Both the position numbers and the translations under genes were made by a program. The notes under the pieces are model-generated. The model was given only the letters and a program-made list of their open reading frames with translations. It was not told the DNA's origin and did no database searches. Shown one piece after another: positions 9,693 to 19,192 of a stretch of 64,000 bases of DNA. Every line of letters begins with the position of its first letter. Position 1 is the stretch's first letter. The DNA is from an uncultured Candidatus Saccharibacteria bacterium (GTDB taxonomy: Bacteria > Patescibacteriota > Dojkabacteria > SC72), in contig CAYZNW010000002.1 of NCBI GenBank assembly GCA_964480345.1, positions 524-64,523 on the forward strand. Direction: 5' to 3'.

Positions 9693-10564
9693 TTGAATAG
9701 TTTTAATAATTTCTTTATGTTAAATCCTTTAACCTCCTCTACTAATTCTGTAGTAGAAGATTTCCTACTATGTAGGTTTTCATAGAATGTTTTAATACTT
9801 CTATCTTGATATATTATACCAGTATATATCTTTCCATCTTTAATCATCTTTTGAATTAGGTTATGAGCATCATCAAAGGATGTTGGCGAATATTTTTTTA
9901 AAGATGAGACTTTTTCAATATGTTTACTGAACCACTCTGGATTACACTCTTTATTATATGATGGGCATAGTTGGGATATCTCTATGACACTACACCCTTT
10001 ATGTTTGATTCCTTTCTTAATTAAATCTGTTAATTCTACTAAATCTCCAGAGTATCCTTTAGCAAAGAATGTTGGATGTAGACTTAATATGAGTTCATTA
10101 ATGTTGTAATCTTTTTCAGGCTTGCCAAAAGGTAGTGCATACATAGGCTTGCCTTTCATAGTTTCTACAGTCGCTTGCCCTGTTGTTAGTGCAAAGTTCT
10201 GATTGTTATGAATCAAAATTGTTATATCGTAGTTTGATCTTACAGCATTGATTAAATGGTCTAATCCTTCATGGAAGCATGCTCCATCTCCTAGTTGTAC
10301 TACTGTAGTAAATTTTCTGTTTGCTAAATGTGCTCCTGTTGCTAACGCTATGGATCTACCGTGCAATCCCTTAAATGCATAGGTTGCTACAGTATCAGCT
10401 CCGTTTCCGTTACATCCTATGTCAAATGATATAAACGTTTGAGATGGTTCTATATTAAGCTCAGAGAGTGCTTGTCTAAGAGCCATATTTATACCGAAGT
10501 TACCACATCCAGGACACCATGTCGGTTTCTGTTTTGAATTGTATTTTTCTATATTAATACTCAT
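9689..10564 (-). CDS. 2-oxoacid:ferredoxin oxidoreductase beta subunit (TPP-binding)
   Basis: CPGCGNFGI motif and a TPP-binding GDG...N region. Overlaps the alpha-subunit gene end, which indicates an operon. Confidence 0.8.
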   Translation of the reverse strand: MSINIEKYNSKQKPTWCPGCGNFGINMALRQALSELNIEPSQTFISFDIGCNGNGADTVATYAFKGLHGRSIALATGAHLANRKFTTVVQLGDGACFHEGLDHLINAVRSNYDITILIHNNQNFALTTGQATVETMKGKPMYALPFGKPEKDYNINELILSLHPTFFAKGYSGDLVELTDLIKKGIKHKGCSVIEISQLCPSYNKECNPEWFSKHIEKVSSLKKYSPTSFDDAHNLIQKMIKDGKIYTGIIYQDRSIKTFYENLHSRKSSTTELVEEVKGFNIKKLLKLFK

Positions 10565-12268
10565 TTATGAATTGATAAAGTCTAAAATATCTTCAACAAA
10601 GAAGGCTCTTCCATCATATTTTAACAGCTTTTCTTCAAACAGATAGCCAGTTTTCTCTGTTATTAGATTGCCAAGTTGTCCTGTTTGATTGTTTTCTATT
10701 AGTATTAATCTTCTGTTCTTTGAAATTAACTCTTCAAACTTCTTTGTTTTCAATGGAAATATATATTCATAGTGGAGATATCCATATGAGGGATACTCTT
10801 TCAATATATCTAGTATGGTATTTTTAACACTACCAAATCCTATGAATACTGTTTTAGCATCTTTCTTGCCGTAATATTTTGGTTCAGGTAATTTGTTTTC
10901 TAATGTTTGTAATTTTTTCATTCTTTTCTTACTCATTTTCATTACTGCGACAGCATCATCTATGCTGACTCCGTTTTCTAAGTGTTCATCTGATGTTGAA
11001 AGGTATGGTTTAGAAGATCTAGATGGTATCCACCTAGGGGATATTCCATTATCTGTTATCTTATATCTTACAGTACCTTTCTCTATTCCTCTCTCTATTT
11101 TTACTGGTTTTGGGAGCTCGTCTGTTGAGAATAGTCCTTCAGAAATCTGTTTCTCTGTTAAAACTATTACTGGTATTTGATACTCCTCTGCTATATTAAA
11201 TGCATTTTGAATTACCGTGTAGCATGATTCTAAATCACTAACAGATATTACACATTTTGGGAAATCTCCGTGTCCTGACTTTACTGCACTGTTAATATCT
11301 CCTGCTCCTGACCATGTTGGTACACCTGTACCAGGGCCTGTTCTTTGTGCTAAGACTACGACAAATGGAGTTTCAGACATTCCTGCACACGATATTGTCT
11401 CTATCATCAAATCAAATCCTCCTCCTGATGTTGCTGCAAAAGCTCTTGTTCCCATATACATGCTTCCTAACACCATTTGAGCTGCAGTTATTTCGTTTTC
11501 AGCTTGCTTTACTATGATCTTAGTTTCATCAGATGTGTCTCCTAGGAATTTGAAAATTGAAGTAGCAGGAGTCATAGGGTAGCCGTAAAATGCTTTTACT
11601 CCAGCACTTAATGCTCCTAGTGATAGGGCGTCGTTTCCTGTCATAATGTACTGTTTGGTGTTTAGAAAATTCGTTTTAGGTAACTGTATATTTTTACTGT
11701 ATGAATCTCTGTAGGTGGGGTTATTGTATCCAGCTAATATGCATCTTTCTTCTGCTTCTTTATCTATCTTTTTATTTTCAAAAAACTTCATTATCTCATC
11801 AACGATTATCTGTTTCTCTTTCTTTAATATTCTCCAGAGAAAACCTAGTAGTACTGCATTGGCCATTATTTTAGTTCCACCGGATTCGATAGCTATCTTT
11901 TCTGAATCTAATGTTATGAGTGTTATATCCTTTTTCTTTAAGAATATTTCTTCATCTGTTGTTAAATCAGCTTGTTGACCATCATGAATTATCAGTCCTC
12001 CCTCTTTAACTGAGTATATATACTGATGTAGAGATTCGTCTGAGATGGTAGAAAGAATATTGCAGTATTTTGATGATGAGTTTATTTGCTTACTTGAGCA
12101 ATCTATTTGATATGAGGCTACTCCTCCTTTTATCAATGATGGATACTCTCTGTATCCAAATATATGGAAGCCAGTAGCGTTTAAAGCTTGTGTGAGTATC
12201 TGGCCTGTTGTATTGATACCCTGTCCTGATGCTCCAGCAAATTTTATTGATATTCTATCATTTGACAT
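10565..12268 (-). CDS. 2-oxoacid:ferredoxin oxidoreductase alpha subunit (fused gamma-alpha type)
   Basis: The N-terminal gamma-like domain SIKFAGASGQGINTTGQIL is followed by a pyruvate-flavodoxin/ferredoxin oxidoreductase core. 567 aa. Adjacent to the beta subunit. Confidence 0.8.
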   Translation of the reverse strand: MSNDRISIKFAGASGQGINTTGQILTQALNATGFHIFGYREYPSLIKGGVASYQIDCSSKQINSSSKYCNILSTISDESLHQYIYSVKEGGLIIHDGQQADLTTDEEIFLKKKDITLITLDSEKIAIESGGTKIMANAVLLGFLWRILKKEKQIIVDEIMKFFENKKIDKEAEERCILAGYNNPTYRDSYSKNIQLPKTNFLNTKQYIMTGNDALSLGALSAGVKAFYGYPMTPATSIFKFLGDTSDETKIIVKQAENEITAAQMVLGSMYMGTRAFAATSGGGFDLMIETISCAGMSETPFVVVLAQRTGPGTGVPTWSGAGDINSAVKSGHGDFPKCVISVSDLESCYTVIQNAFNIAEEYQIPVIVLTEKQISEGLFSTDELPKPVKIERGIEKGTVRYKITDNGISPRWIPSRSSKPYLSTSDEHLENGVSIDDAVAVMKMSKKRMKKLQTLENKLPEPKYYGKKDAKTVFIGFGSVKNTILDILKEYPSYGYLHYEYIFPLKTKKFEELISKNRRLILIENNQTGQLGNLITEKTGYLFEEKLLKYDGRAFFVEDILDFINS

Positions 12269-12270
12269 AT

Positions 12271-13221
12271 TTACATGGATCCCTCTCCGTTAAAGAGTAC
12301 ATAGTCAAATATTGCACTATGCCATTTTTTCTCTGGAATTAAAATTTCTTTACCTCTATACAGGCCGTTACAGTATGCTGATGCTCGTAACTCAATCATT
12401 CTAAAATCATCCATACAGCTATTGCCGTTAGAAACAAGCATGTTGTAATATACCCCTATATTACCTCCTACGGCTTTTACTGTAACAGTATCTAGTTTAT
12501 ACCCATCTTTCATATCTTGTAGATTTATGGAAACTGTATCTGATGCAGGGTTGAATTTTTTCCAATTATCTAAGAAATTTTCTACATTGTTACACTCTGA
12601 GCCATTATCAGAGAAACAGTAGTTATCTACATCGTCGTCACTGTAAAGTTTGTACTCTCCTGCTTCACCTAGAGCATTGTAATCTTTACCGTATATTCTA
12701 GTGACAGAGAAGCCTGCTTTTGTTTCTCCTTTAGTTACTTTTATGTTAAGTGTACAATCAGTAAAGGTTGTTTCGTTTAATGGTAGGCTCCATATCTGTC
12801 CTGGCATTACTTCGTACGGAGATGTTTGATCTGCTTCTTTCAATGTTAGGTTGTATTCGTTGTCATCTGCAGGAAGACAGAAATTAATAGAGGCTAAGCC
12901 TGTAGCATCACCTAGATTAGTAAGAAGTGCAGATATTTTTTGTTCTTTTTTGTTTTCTTTTAATACTACTCCTTGAGGGAATGTGATTGGTTCACCAATG
13001 GCATTCATGGAAGCCATAACTGTATCTAAAGAGTATGTTGTAAGTTTATCAAGTAAAAAGTCTGATATTTCTAGAGCTTCTGCGGATGCTCTTTCATCTA
13101 CTGTTGATTGTTTGTCTCTATGACTTCTGGAGTATATTGATAGACCTATTATTGCTGAAACTACTAAGACAACCATTGCTATTGCTAATGCTTGAGCTTT
13201 ATACATATTTTTCTTTTTCAT
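12271..13221 (-). CDS. hypothetical membrane-anchored extracellular protein
   Basis: N-terminal basic stretch plus a hydrophobic helix (MYKAQALAIAMVVLVVSAIIGL). No catalytic motif recognised. 2 bp from the downstream OFOR gene. Confidence 0.5.
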   Translation of the reverse strand: MKKKNMYKAQALAIAMVVLVVSAIIGLSIYSRSHRDKQSTVDERASAEALEISDFLLDKLTTYSLDTVMASMNAIGEPITFPQGVVLKENKKEQKISALLTNLGDATGLASINFCLPADDNEYNLTLKEADQTSPYEVMPGQIWSLPLNETTFTDCTLNIKVTKGETKAGFSVTRIYGKDYNALGEAGEYKLYSDDDVDNYCFSDNGSECNNVENFLDNWKKFNPASDTVSINLQDMKDGYKLDTVTVKAVGGNIGVYYNMLVSNGNSCMDDFRMIELRASAYCNGLYRGKEILIPEKKWHSAIFDYVLFNGEGSM

Positions 13222-13241
13222 ATTTTAGTATATCAAATAAT

Positions 13242-15887
13242 TTAGAGACCTTTTGAACCTACCTCTCTTTTGTAAAGTAATGCATCTCTACCGAAGAAAA
13301 TAGTAGATATCTTTTGGAATTTATAGTCATAGTTTAACACAGTAACAGGGTTTGTATTGTTGTACAGCATTAGATCTCTTTGCATATTTACTGCAGAATC
13401 TCCATTTAGATTTTTTCCGAAAGCTACAAGAGCACCGTTTATTTCTACACCATCTCTTGTTAAAGAGGTAGAATCAGCAAATTCTATATTTATTTGATTA
13501 TTTGCTACTACAAAACCATCTATGTAATCATATTTCACTGTATTTGCTGTGCTGTTATATACTCCCTCTTTAATATTCACACTGTTTCTTGCAAAGAATA
13601 TACAACCTGATGTTTTACTACTCCCACTTTCTATATTTGGATACAAGTTTATATTCTTGTCTGACATTACTAATATCTTTCCTTTACACTGTGTTCCAGA
13701 TGCAATATTTATGTCTTCTGTACTAGATAGGTAGCATGACTCTCCATCTAAACATTCATTAATGCTAGTTATTTGTTTTGATGGTGTCTTCTCTTGCTCT
13801 GTTTCAAATTTCTTTTTTAAATATTCGAACCAGAAATCTTTTCTAAGGTTTGAATCCGTTATTGATACTGCTCTTACCGCTGTACTGTTTGGTTTTGTAA
13901 ATTTAGGAATAAACTGGTTAGAAGATGAGAGTATCTCTGTTGCTTTATCTAATGTTTCGTTGTTAATAGTTCGAAGGGACGGTACAGAATTAATCAATTG
14001 AGCTTCTATGCCTGGATAGCCGTATGAGTATACGATAGATCCTTTGGTTGCATACCATGGATCTAATCTGATTTGTGAGGATACGGATGCATAATTACAT
14101 GCTGTATCGTAAGCTGTACCATACATAGTTATGGTACCTAGCTCATTGTTATTAATATTTACTAATTTGCTAGCAGAGTATGGATTTATATTTAGGTTTG
14201 TAAATTTCCATGTATTGCTATCGGTTAACAAGCCTATGAGGTTTTCTGATGGTACATTTTGTGAAGTACTACTTAAGGCAATATTGTTAGGCATAGTTGC
14301 CATAGAGATGTAGTCGCTGTTACCTCCGTTTCCTAGGTCAGTTCTGTAAGCGTTGATTACATAGTTCGAGATGTTAGAAGTACTGTCTGATGAGTACCAA
14401 GAGAGGTTAAATTCTTTTGAAGATAGTATGTCTTTTGTTAATGGTCGTGCTTCTGGATTTATTAAGTCTACTCCCCAATCAAAATATTTTACTGCATTTC
14501 TTTGATCTATTCGTCCATCTTGCATAAACATATATTTATCTAGTGCTGCTCCTCTCATGTTAAACATTCCATTTACTTTGTCTGTGAAAGATATTTCGTA
14601 CTGAGCAGCTACATTTGCTCCTTCATTAATTACTATGTTGTGTATGGAAAGTATTTTTCCTGCTCCTACATCTACTAGTCCATTGTTTGTTAGTATCCAA
14701 TTTTTATCCGTGTTCATGGTGTATATTAATGGGGAGTTTGTCCATGAGTTGTTATTTTTCTTAACCATTATTCCTATTTCATTGGTATCAATATTACTGT
14801 TTGTTGTAGCTATTCGGCTGAATTGGGGTGATGTGTTTGTTTTACTTATCCATAGGACAAATGCTTCTATTTCAGAATTTCCATCTACATCAGTTGATTC
14901 GTATCTGATTTTGAACGGGTTGTTGGCTTCTAGGCCTGTAAATGTTGTGGTCGTACATCCTCTATCTGTAGTAGATGAGTTAGTAATTTTAGTCATGCTT
15001 GAATTTGGAGGAGTATTTACTTTGTAAAAAACTTGTTTTACTGAGGAGTACTGTTTGTTATTATCACATCTGTTTGTACTGTAATACAAAGCACCTATGT
15101 CTCCAGTAGATCCAGGTTTAAAGGCAGAGGTTTTGCTCATGGAGGATGGAGCTATATCCATAGTGTTTACTGTTGATTCTCTACAGTAGTCTTCTGGTCT
15201 TGGGTTGCTGCAATCGCTCCATGCTATCCATTCGTTGTTAATTCCGTAATTATTTCCTCTTAGTATGTATCCTACTCCTCTATCTAGGGAGATGTTTGAG
15301 TATATGAGGGGTTCTACAGTAATTCTCATAGGGCTTGTATCTGAGATTGGAGATACAATTCTAGTAGGGTTATATCTATCTGAGGAGAGTAAAAATGTTG
15401 AATTATCAATACTCATTCTTACTGTAGTTAGTGTTGTAGTTGGAGATGTATTAGTTTCTGCTCGATAGCATGTACCAGATATCCCACAACTTCTTCCACA
15501 ATCATTTGAGTAAGAGCAGCCAATTGTTTTTCTATCATTAGAGCAATAGTTGTTAGGATTTGTAGGAGAATAACCAGCTGGGCAAGATGGTAAAGCGCAA
15601 CTACCACTGCAGGAGTCATCACAAGGACACTCTACTTCACATTGACCATATCCTTCGCAACAGGAAGCACAAACAGCAATATCTTCTCTACAAACTGTTA
15701 CACAACCTTTTGTAGGGCTACATGTTTCTACACAGTTCAAACCTCCTCCTGTTCTTTTACAACAGTTGTTCCAGTCTATACAGCAAGATTCATAACAAGC
15801 TGAATTTACAAGCCCTTTATTGTTAAAAGAAAATAGAAAAATTGTAAATATAGTTGAGAATATTATGGCTAATTTAGAGGTTTTCAT
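13242..15887 (-). CDS. large secreted protein with extremely Cys-rich N-terminal module
   Basis: Signal peptide, then about 40 Cys in the first 150 residues (CCIDWNNCC, CASCCEGYGQCEVECPCDDSCSGSC). The rest is Ser/Thr/Asn-rich. 881 aa. Confidence 0.6.
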   Translation of the reverse strand: MKTSKLAIIFSTIFTIFLFSFNNKGLVNSACYESCCIDWNNCCKRTGGGLNCVETCSPTKGCVTVCREDIAVCASCCEGYGQCEVECPCDDSCSGSCALPSCPAGYSPTNPNNYCSNDRKTIGCSYSNDCGRSCGISGTCYRAETNTSPTTTLTTVRMSIDNSTFLLSSDRYNPTRIVSPISDTSPMRITVEPLIYSNISLDRGVGYILRGNNYGINNEWIAWSDCSNPRPEDYCRESTVNTMDIAPSSMSKTSAFKPGSTGDIGALYYSTNRCDNNKQYSSVKQVFYKVNTPPNSSMTKITNSSTTDRGCTTTTFTGLEANNPFKIRYESTDVDGNSEIEAFVLWISKTNTSPQFSRIATTNSNIDTNEIGIMVKKNNNSWTNSPLIYTMNTDKNWILTNNGLVDVGAGKILSIHNIVINEGANVAAQYEISFTDKVNGMFNMRGAALDKYMFMQDGRIDQRNAVKYFDWGVDLINPEARPLTKDILSSKEFNLSWYSSDSTSNISNYVINAYRTDLGNGGNSDYISMATMPNNIALSSTSQNVPSENLIGLLTDSNTWKFTNLNINPYSASKLVNINNNELGTITMYGTAYDTACNYASVSSQIRLDPWYATKGSIVYSYGYPGIEAQLINSVPSLRTINNETLDKATEILSSSNQFIPKFTKPNSTAVRAVSITDSNLRKDFWFEYLKKKFETEQEKTPSKQITSINECLDGESCYLSSTEDINIASGTQCKGKILVMSDKNINLYPNIESGSSKTSGCIFFARNSVNIKEGVYNSTANTVKYDYIDGFVVANNQINIEFADSTSLTRDGVEINGALVAFGKNLNGDSAVNMQRDLMLYNNTNPVTVLNYDYKFQKISTIFFGRDALLYKREVGSKGL

Positions 15888-17280
15888 GTTTATTTAATAA
15901 CAGATTAAAGAAAAAAGTGTTTCCATCTAATTTATATTTATTGTTCTCCCATACACCATAAACACTCATATTATTATGATATTTTGTCTTTATCATTTTT
16001 AATATGAAAGAATCGGTCAAATCATTAAAATCTTCATCCTGCTTGTACTCATTAGCACACCATATGTATTCAAATAAGTCTTTATCTATTAACATTAGAG
16101 AATGTTTATAACTATATTGCAAGACGCTTTTTAACTGATCTCTTAAAGGGTCATTAATAGGACTTTTATATACTAATTTACACATATGTCCTAATGTAAT
16201 AGCAGAGTTGCTGAGCAAATTAGTACTAATAACAGAATAAGTTTTATCTGTTTCTTCTGCACTTAAGCTTTTAAGATCCTTAAGTATCGATAAGTTCCAT
16301 TCATCAAGAGGATCTTTTGTGATTATTTGTTCTTCTTGTAATCTTTCTTTATTAATGGATTGGACTAAATCTTCTTTAGAATATTCAGGTTTATATTTCG
16401 ATAGGAAATCGATTTTCTTTTGCTCCAGTATAGCGGTAGAGCAGTAATTGTCCGTTAAATATTTTGTAGTATCATTATCTATGAGTCCACTAGCTGATAT
16501 ATCTGAAGCTAAAGAACATGAGAAAGGTACTGCTTTCATTTTAGAATTATCTCCTTTCGATTCTTTGTCTAAGATAGATGTCTTATATTTCTCAACTTGC
16601 TGTAAGTAAGATAAAATGTTTTTAGAGGAGTAATCTTTTAAAAATTCTTGATTAAGTGTGGACATGTAGATTCTACTTTCTATCCATGGTCTTAATAATG
16701 ATTCTAAATTATATCCAATTGTTTCAAAGGAGAACCTGTCACCTCCTTCAAATTTAATAATTCTAAAAGGAATGCCTTTGTAGTCATCTCTAACGACTAA
16801 ATTTTCACCAGTAATTGTGGGATACATCTCTTTTAAGATATTCAAAACATTATCTTTTGAGATCTCTAACTTTTGTATATAAAATTCATTTAATTTGAAA
16901 TTCTCAAAAACAGACTCTCTAGGGAGCTTTAGAAGTATAGAAACTGGAATTATCTCTCTCTCACGAACCGTTTGTAAATCAAATTTCGCTTTATCTAGTG
17001 GTAACGATATATTTTCAACATAGCTATTATCTTTAAATATATTCATATCAAAAGAGAAAGTATTCTGTTCTTCATTAATATGAATATTATAAATTAATCC
17101 TTCTCCTCCATACTCTTTATAAAAGATTTCTTGATCTCCCCCTGTAAATGATGAAAGGAAAGGATACTCTTTCTCTACAAGAGCATTCTTTTTAAATATA
17201 TTGAAATACCAAAGAAAGATACCTGATATAAATAGTACCAACAAGATTATTAGTAGTATTAAAATCCCTTTCTTCTTCAC
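15874..17280 (-). CDS. hypothetical membrane-anchored protein
   Basis: N-terminal TM helix (ILILLIILLVLFISGIFLWYF). No recognisable domain. Overlaps the next gene by 14 bp. Confidence 0.5.
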   Translation of the reverse strand: MKKKGILILLIILLVLFISGIFLWYFNIFKKNALVEKEYPFLSSFTGGDQEIFYKEYGGEGLIYNIHINEEQNTFSFDMNIFKDNSYVENISLPLDKAKFDLQTVREREIIPVSILLKLPRESVFENFKLNEFYIQKLEISKDNVLNILKEMYPTITGENLVVRDDYKGIPFRIIKFEGGDRFSFETIGYNLESLLRPWIESRIYMSTLNQEFLKDYSSKNILSYLQQVEKYKTSILDKESKGDNSKMKAVPFSCSLASDISASGLIDNDTTKYLTDNYCSTAILEQKKIDFLSKYKPEYSKEDLVQSINKERLQEEQIITKDPLDEWNLSILKDLKSLSAEETDKTYSVISTNLLSNSAITLGHMCKLVYKSPINDPLRDQLKSVLQYSYKHSLMLIDKDLFEYIWCANEYKQDEDFNDLTDSFILKMIKTKYHNNMSVYGVWENNKYKLDGNTFFFNLLLNKHENL

Positions 17281-17301
17281 ATGAGCAGTTAATTAACTTA
17301 T

Positions 17302-18090
17302 CTAAATCCAATCTTTACCAAACAATCCTCCTCCTATATTATTATCCATACTCAAAACTCTTTCTATATTCCAAACTAAATCAGGTCTATCTGATACCGT
17401 ATCCTTTAACCATTCTAGATACTCTCTGTCAAGCTTTGCAATATCCTCTAGTGTCTTTCCCGCATATTTACCAAAAGATATATTTCTAATATATGCTGGT
17501 TCTTTTGTAATCATTAACATCTGTTCTGTTGTGAATTTGCTGTTTTGTTGAATATATTCAAATAGATCTTTTAGAAAATAGACATCACTCATAGCATCAT
17601 GGGCTGTTGTATGTTCTTGATTTTCGTTCTTATACAAACCTAGATAATATCTTAGAAATTGTAATGAATAGCTCTCTATATCTCCATTTGTACTCTCATC
17701 TTGAAGTAAGTTTCTAGATAATTTATATGTACATATGTACTTAGATACAGTGATCCCTTTCTTAGCTAATACTTCTAAATCAAACTCTGCATTGTGAGCC
17801 ACCCAAATATATTTTTTAGCTAGAAATTCTAAATACTCTTTTAATGAATTTCCTTCAAATTCTTTATCTTTACCATTTTCATCCACTACTGCATCATTAA
17901 ATAACTCCTTGTCTTTAAGGAGCTCAGGAGTAATATGGTGTACTGCCATTGCCGAAAAAGAAATTCTTTGTAGAGGTTTAAAGTATTTATTTAGAATTAC
18001 ATCCTCACCATCTGTAAGAGCTAATTGAATTATATCTTTAGATTGTACATCTGTTGTTTCTGTATCAAAGAAGAGAAATTTGTCATTCAT
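17302..18090 (-). CDS. DnaQ-like DEDDh 3'-5' exonuclease with C-terminal KYAGKTLEDI..YLEWL (DUF3820-like) tail
   Basis: Exo I FFDTETTD, Exo II HNAEFDLEVL, Exo III HTAHDAMSD. C-terminal FGKYAGKTLEDIAKLDREYLEWL resembles the small domain fused to ExoX-type exonucleases (from memory). Confidence 0.7.
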   Translation of the reverse strand: MNDKFLFFDTETTDVQSKDIIQLALTDGEDVILNKYFKPLQRISFSAMAVHHITPELLKDKELFNDAVVDENGKDKEFEGNSLKEYLEFLAKKYIWVAHNAEFDLEVLAKKGITVSKYICTYKLSRNLLQDESTNGDIESYSLQFLRYYLGLYKNENQEHTTAHDAMSDVYFLKDLFEYIQQNSKFTTEQMLMITKEPAYIRNISFGKYAGKTLEDIAKLDREYLEWLKDTVSDRPDLVWNIERVLSMDNNIGGGLFGKDWI

Positions 18091-18120
18091 GATTAGATAA
18101 TACAGGAATTAGAAAAGTAT

Positions 18121-18248
18121 GTACAACAAAAAATAAGGCATAAAGCACACATATATTTTTAAAATGATGATTTGTAGAGGAGTCTAGGTAAGTATATGTT
18201 AAACATATATTTTAGGATATATAAAATATCACTAAATCTTACCTAGAC
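18121..18248. repeat. 128-bp direct repeat, copy 1 (100% identical to 19051..19178); contains a 13-bp-stem hairpin (18180..18192 / 18238..18250)
   Basis: Base-by-base comparison of the two intergenic regions. Embedded inverted repeat gagtctaggtaag ... cttacctagactc with a 45-nt AT-rich loop that holds a second small palindrome (tatatgtt a aacatata). Confidence 0.9.
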
Positions 18249-18292
18249 TCTCTAGAAGATTCTATACCATATTGATATAGCTCTTCATTGTG

Positions 18293-18943
18293 TTAGTTCT
18301 CCTGAAAGATGGTAGGCTCTTCTTGCAAAGTATAATTGTCACAAAACCAAATCGTAGTAAAGTTATTATTAACAAAATAGTTTTGCACTGGATATCCAAC
18401 AGGACATACAATTTTAGATGGATTACTAATATCCTGAACAATTTTTCGTAAGAGATTTATTTTTGCTGTCGGATCTTTTATGTCTGTGCTACAAAGATAT
18501 ACTACATCATCATGTTCTTTTGCATAATTATATGTATCTACATTGTCTTTATAATTACTCCACATGCTATATTCTTCTGCTGTACACAGAGTTATTGGAT
18601 CTTCATAGAATGCAAATGATGAACAGAACCAATCAGATAACTTACCTGATTCATCTATATTTTGAACAGGAAATGTTCCTTCTTCACATTTGATAGTAGG
18701 TTCATCTACTCTAGATAAAGCTCTACATTCTGAAGTGATAAGATCTTTGTTTTCCATATCATGTAAACACAGAAATGCCCCATCATTTTCTTTACAAGCA
18801 TTATACAATTCAGAATTCTCTTCTTTCTGAAGGTTTAATTCTTCTATAGTACAAAGTGGTGATGTACTCTCTATTGCATACACTGATGCTAATGAGAAAA
18901 ACAACATAACAAAAACTAATGATAACAAACCAAACTTTTTCAT
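18293..18943 (-). CDS. secreted Cys-containing hypothetical protein
   Basis: Signal peptide MKKFGLLSLVFVMLFFSLASVYA and about 12 Cys. Flanked on both sides by the 128-bp repeat. Confidence 0.55.
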   Translation of the reverse strand: MKKFGLLSLVFVMLFFSLASVYAIESTSPLCTIEELNLQKEENSELYNACKENDGAFLCLHDMENKDLITSECRALSRVDEPTIKCEEGTFPVQNIDESGKLSDWFCSSFAFYEDPITLCTAEEYSMWSNYKDNVDTYNYAKEHDDVVYLCSTDIKDPTAKINLLRKIVQDISNPSKIVCPVGYPVQNYFVNNNFTTIWFCDNYTLQEEPTIFQEN

Positions 18944-19050
18944 TTTCTCCTCCTTTTAGAGAACTATTTTTTATTGTTTAAGAGCTAACTAACACAATAA
19001 TATTATATCTAATTTATCACACAAACACAATACTATGGGTCAGTGCATTG

Positions 19051-19178
19051 GTACAACAAAAAATAAGGCATAAAGCACACATATATTTTTAAAATGATGA
19101 TTTGTAGAGGAGTCTAGGTAAGTATATGTTAAACATATATTTTAGGATATATAAAATATCACTAAATCTTACCTAGAC
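19051..19178. repeat. 128-bp direct repeat, copy 2
   Basis: Identical to 18121..18248. Lies 15 bp downstream of the stop of the 19193..20044 gene and about 108 bp upstream of the 18943 start. Confidence 0.9.
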
Positions 19179-19192
19179 ATCCTGCACAAAAG

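Noticed and set aside
18121-19178. The two 128-bp repeats as a CRISPR array
   Set aside because: Only two copies, 128 bp long, separated by a 0.8-kb protein-coding gene. No short regularly spaced repeats or cas genes anywhere in the window.
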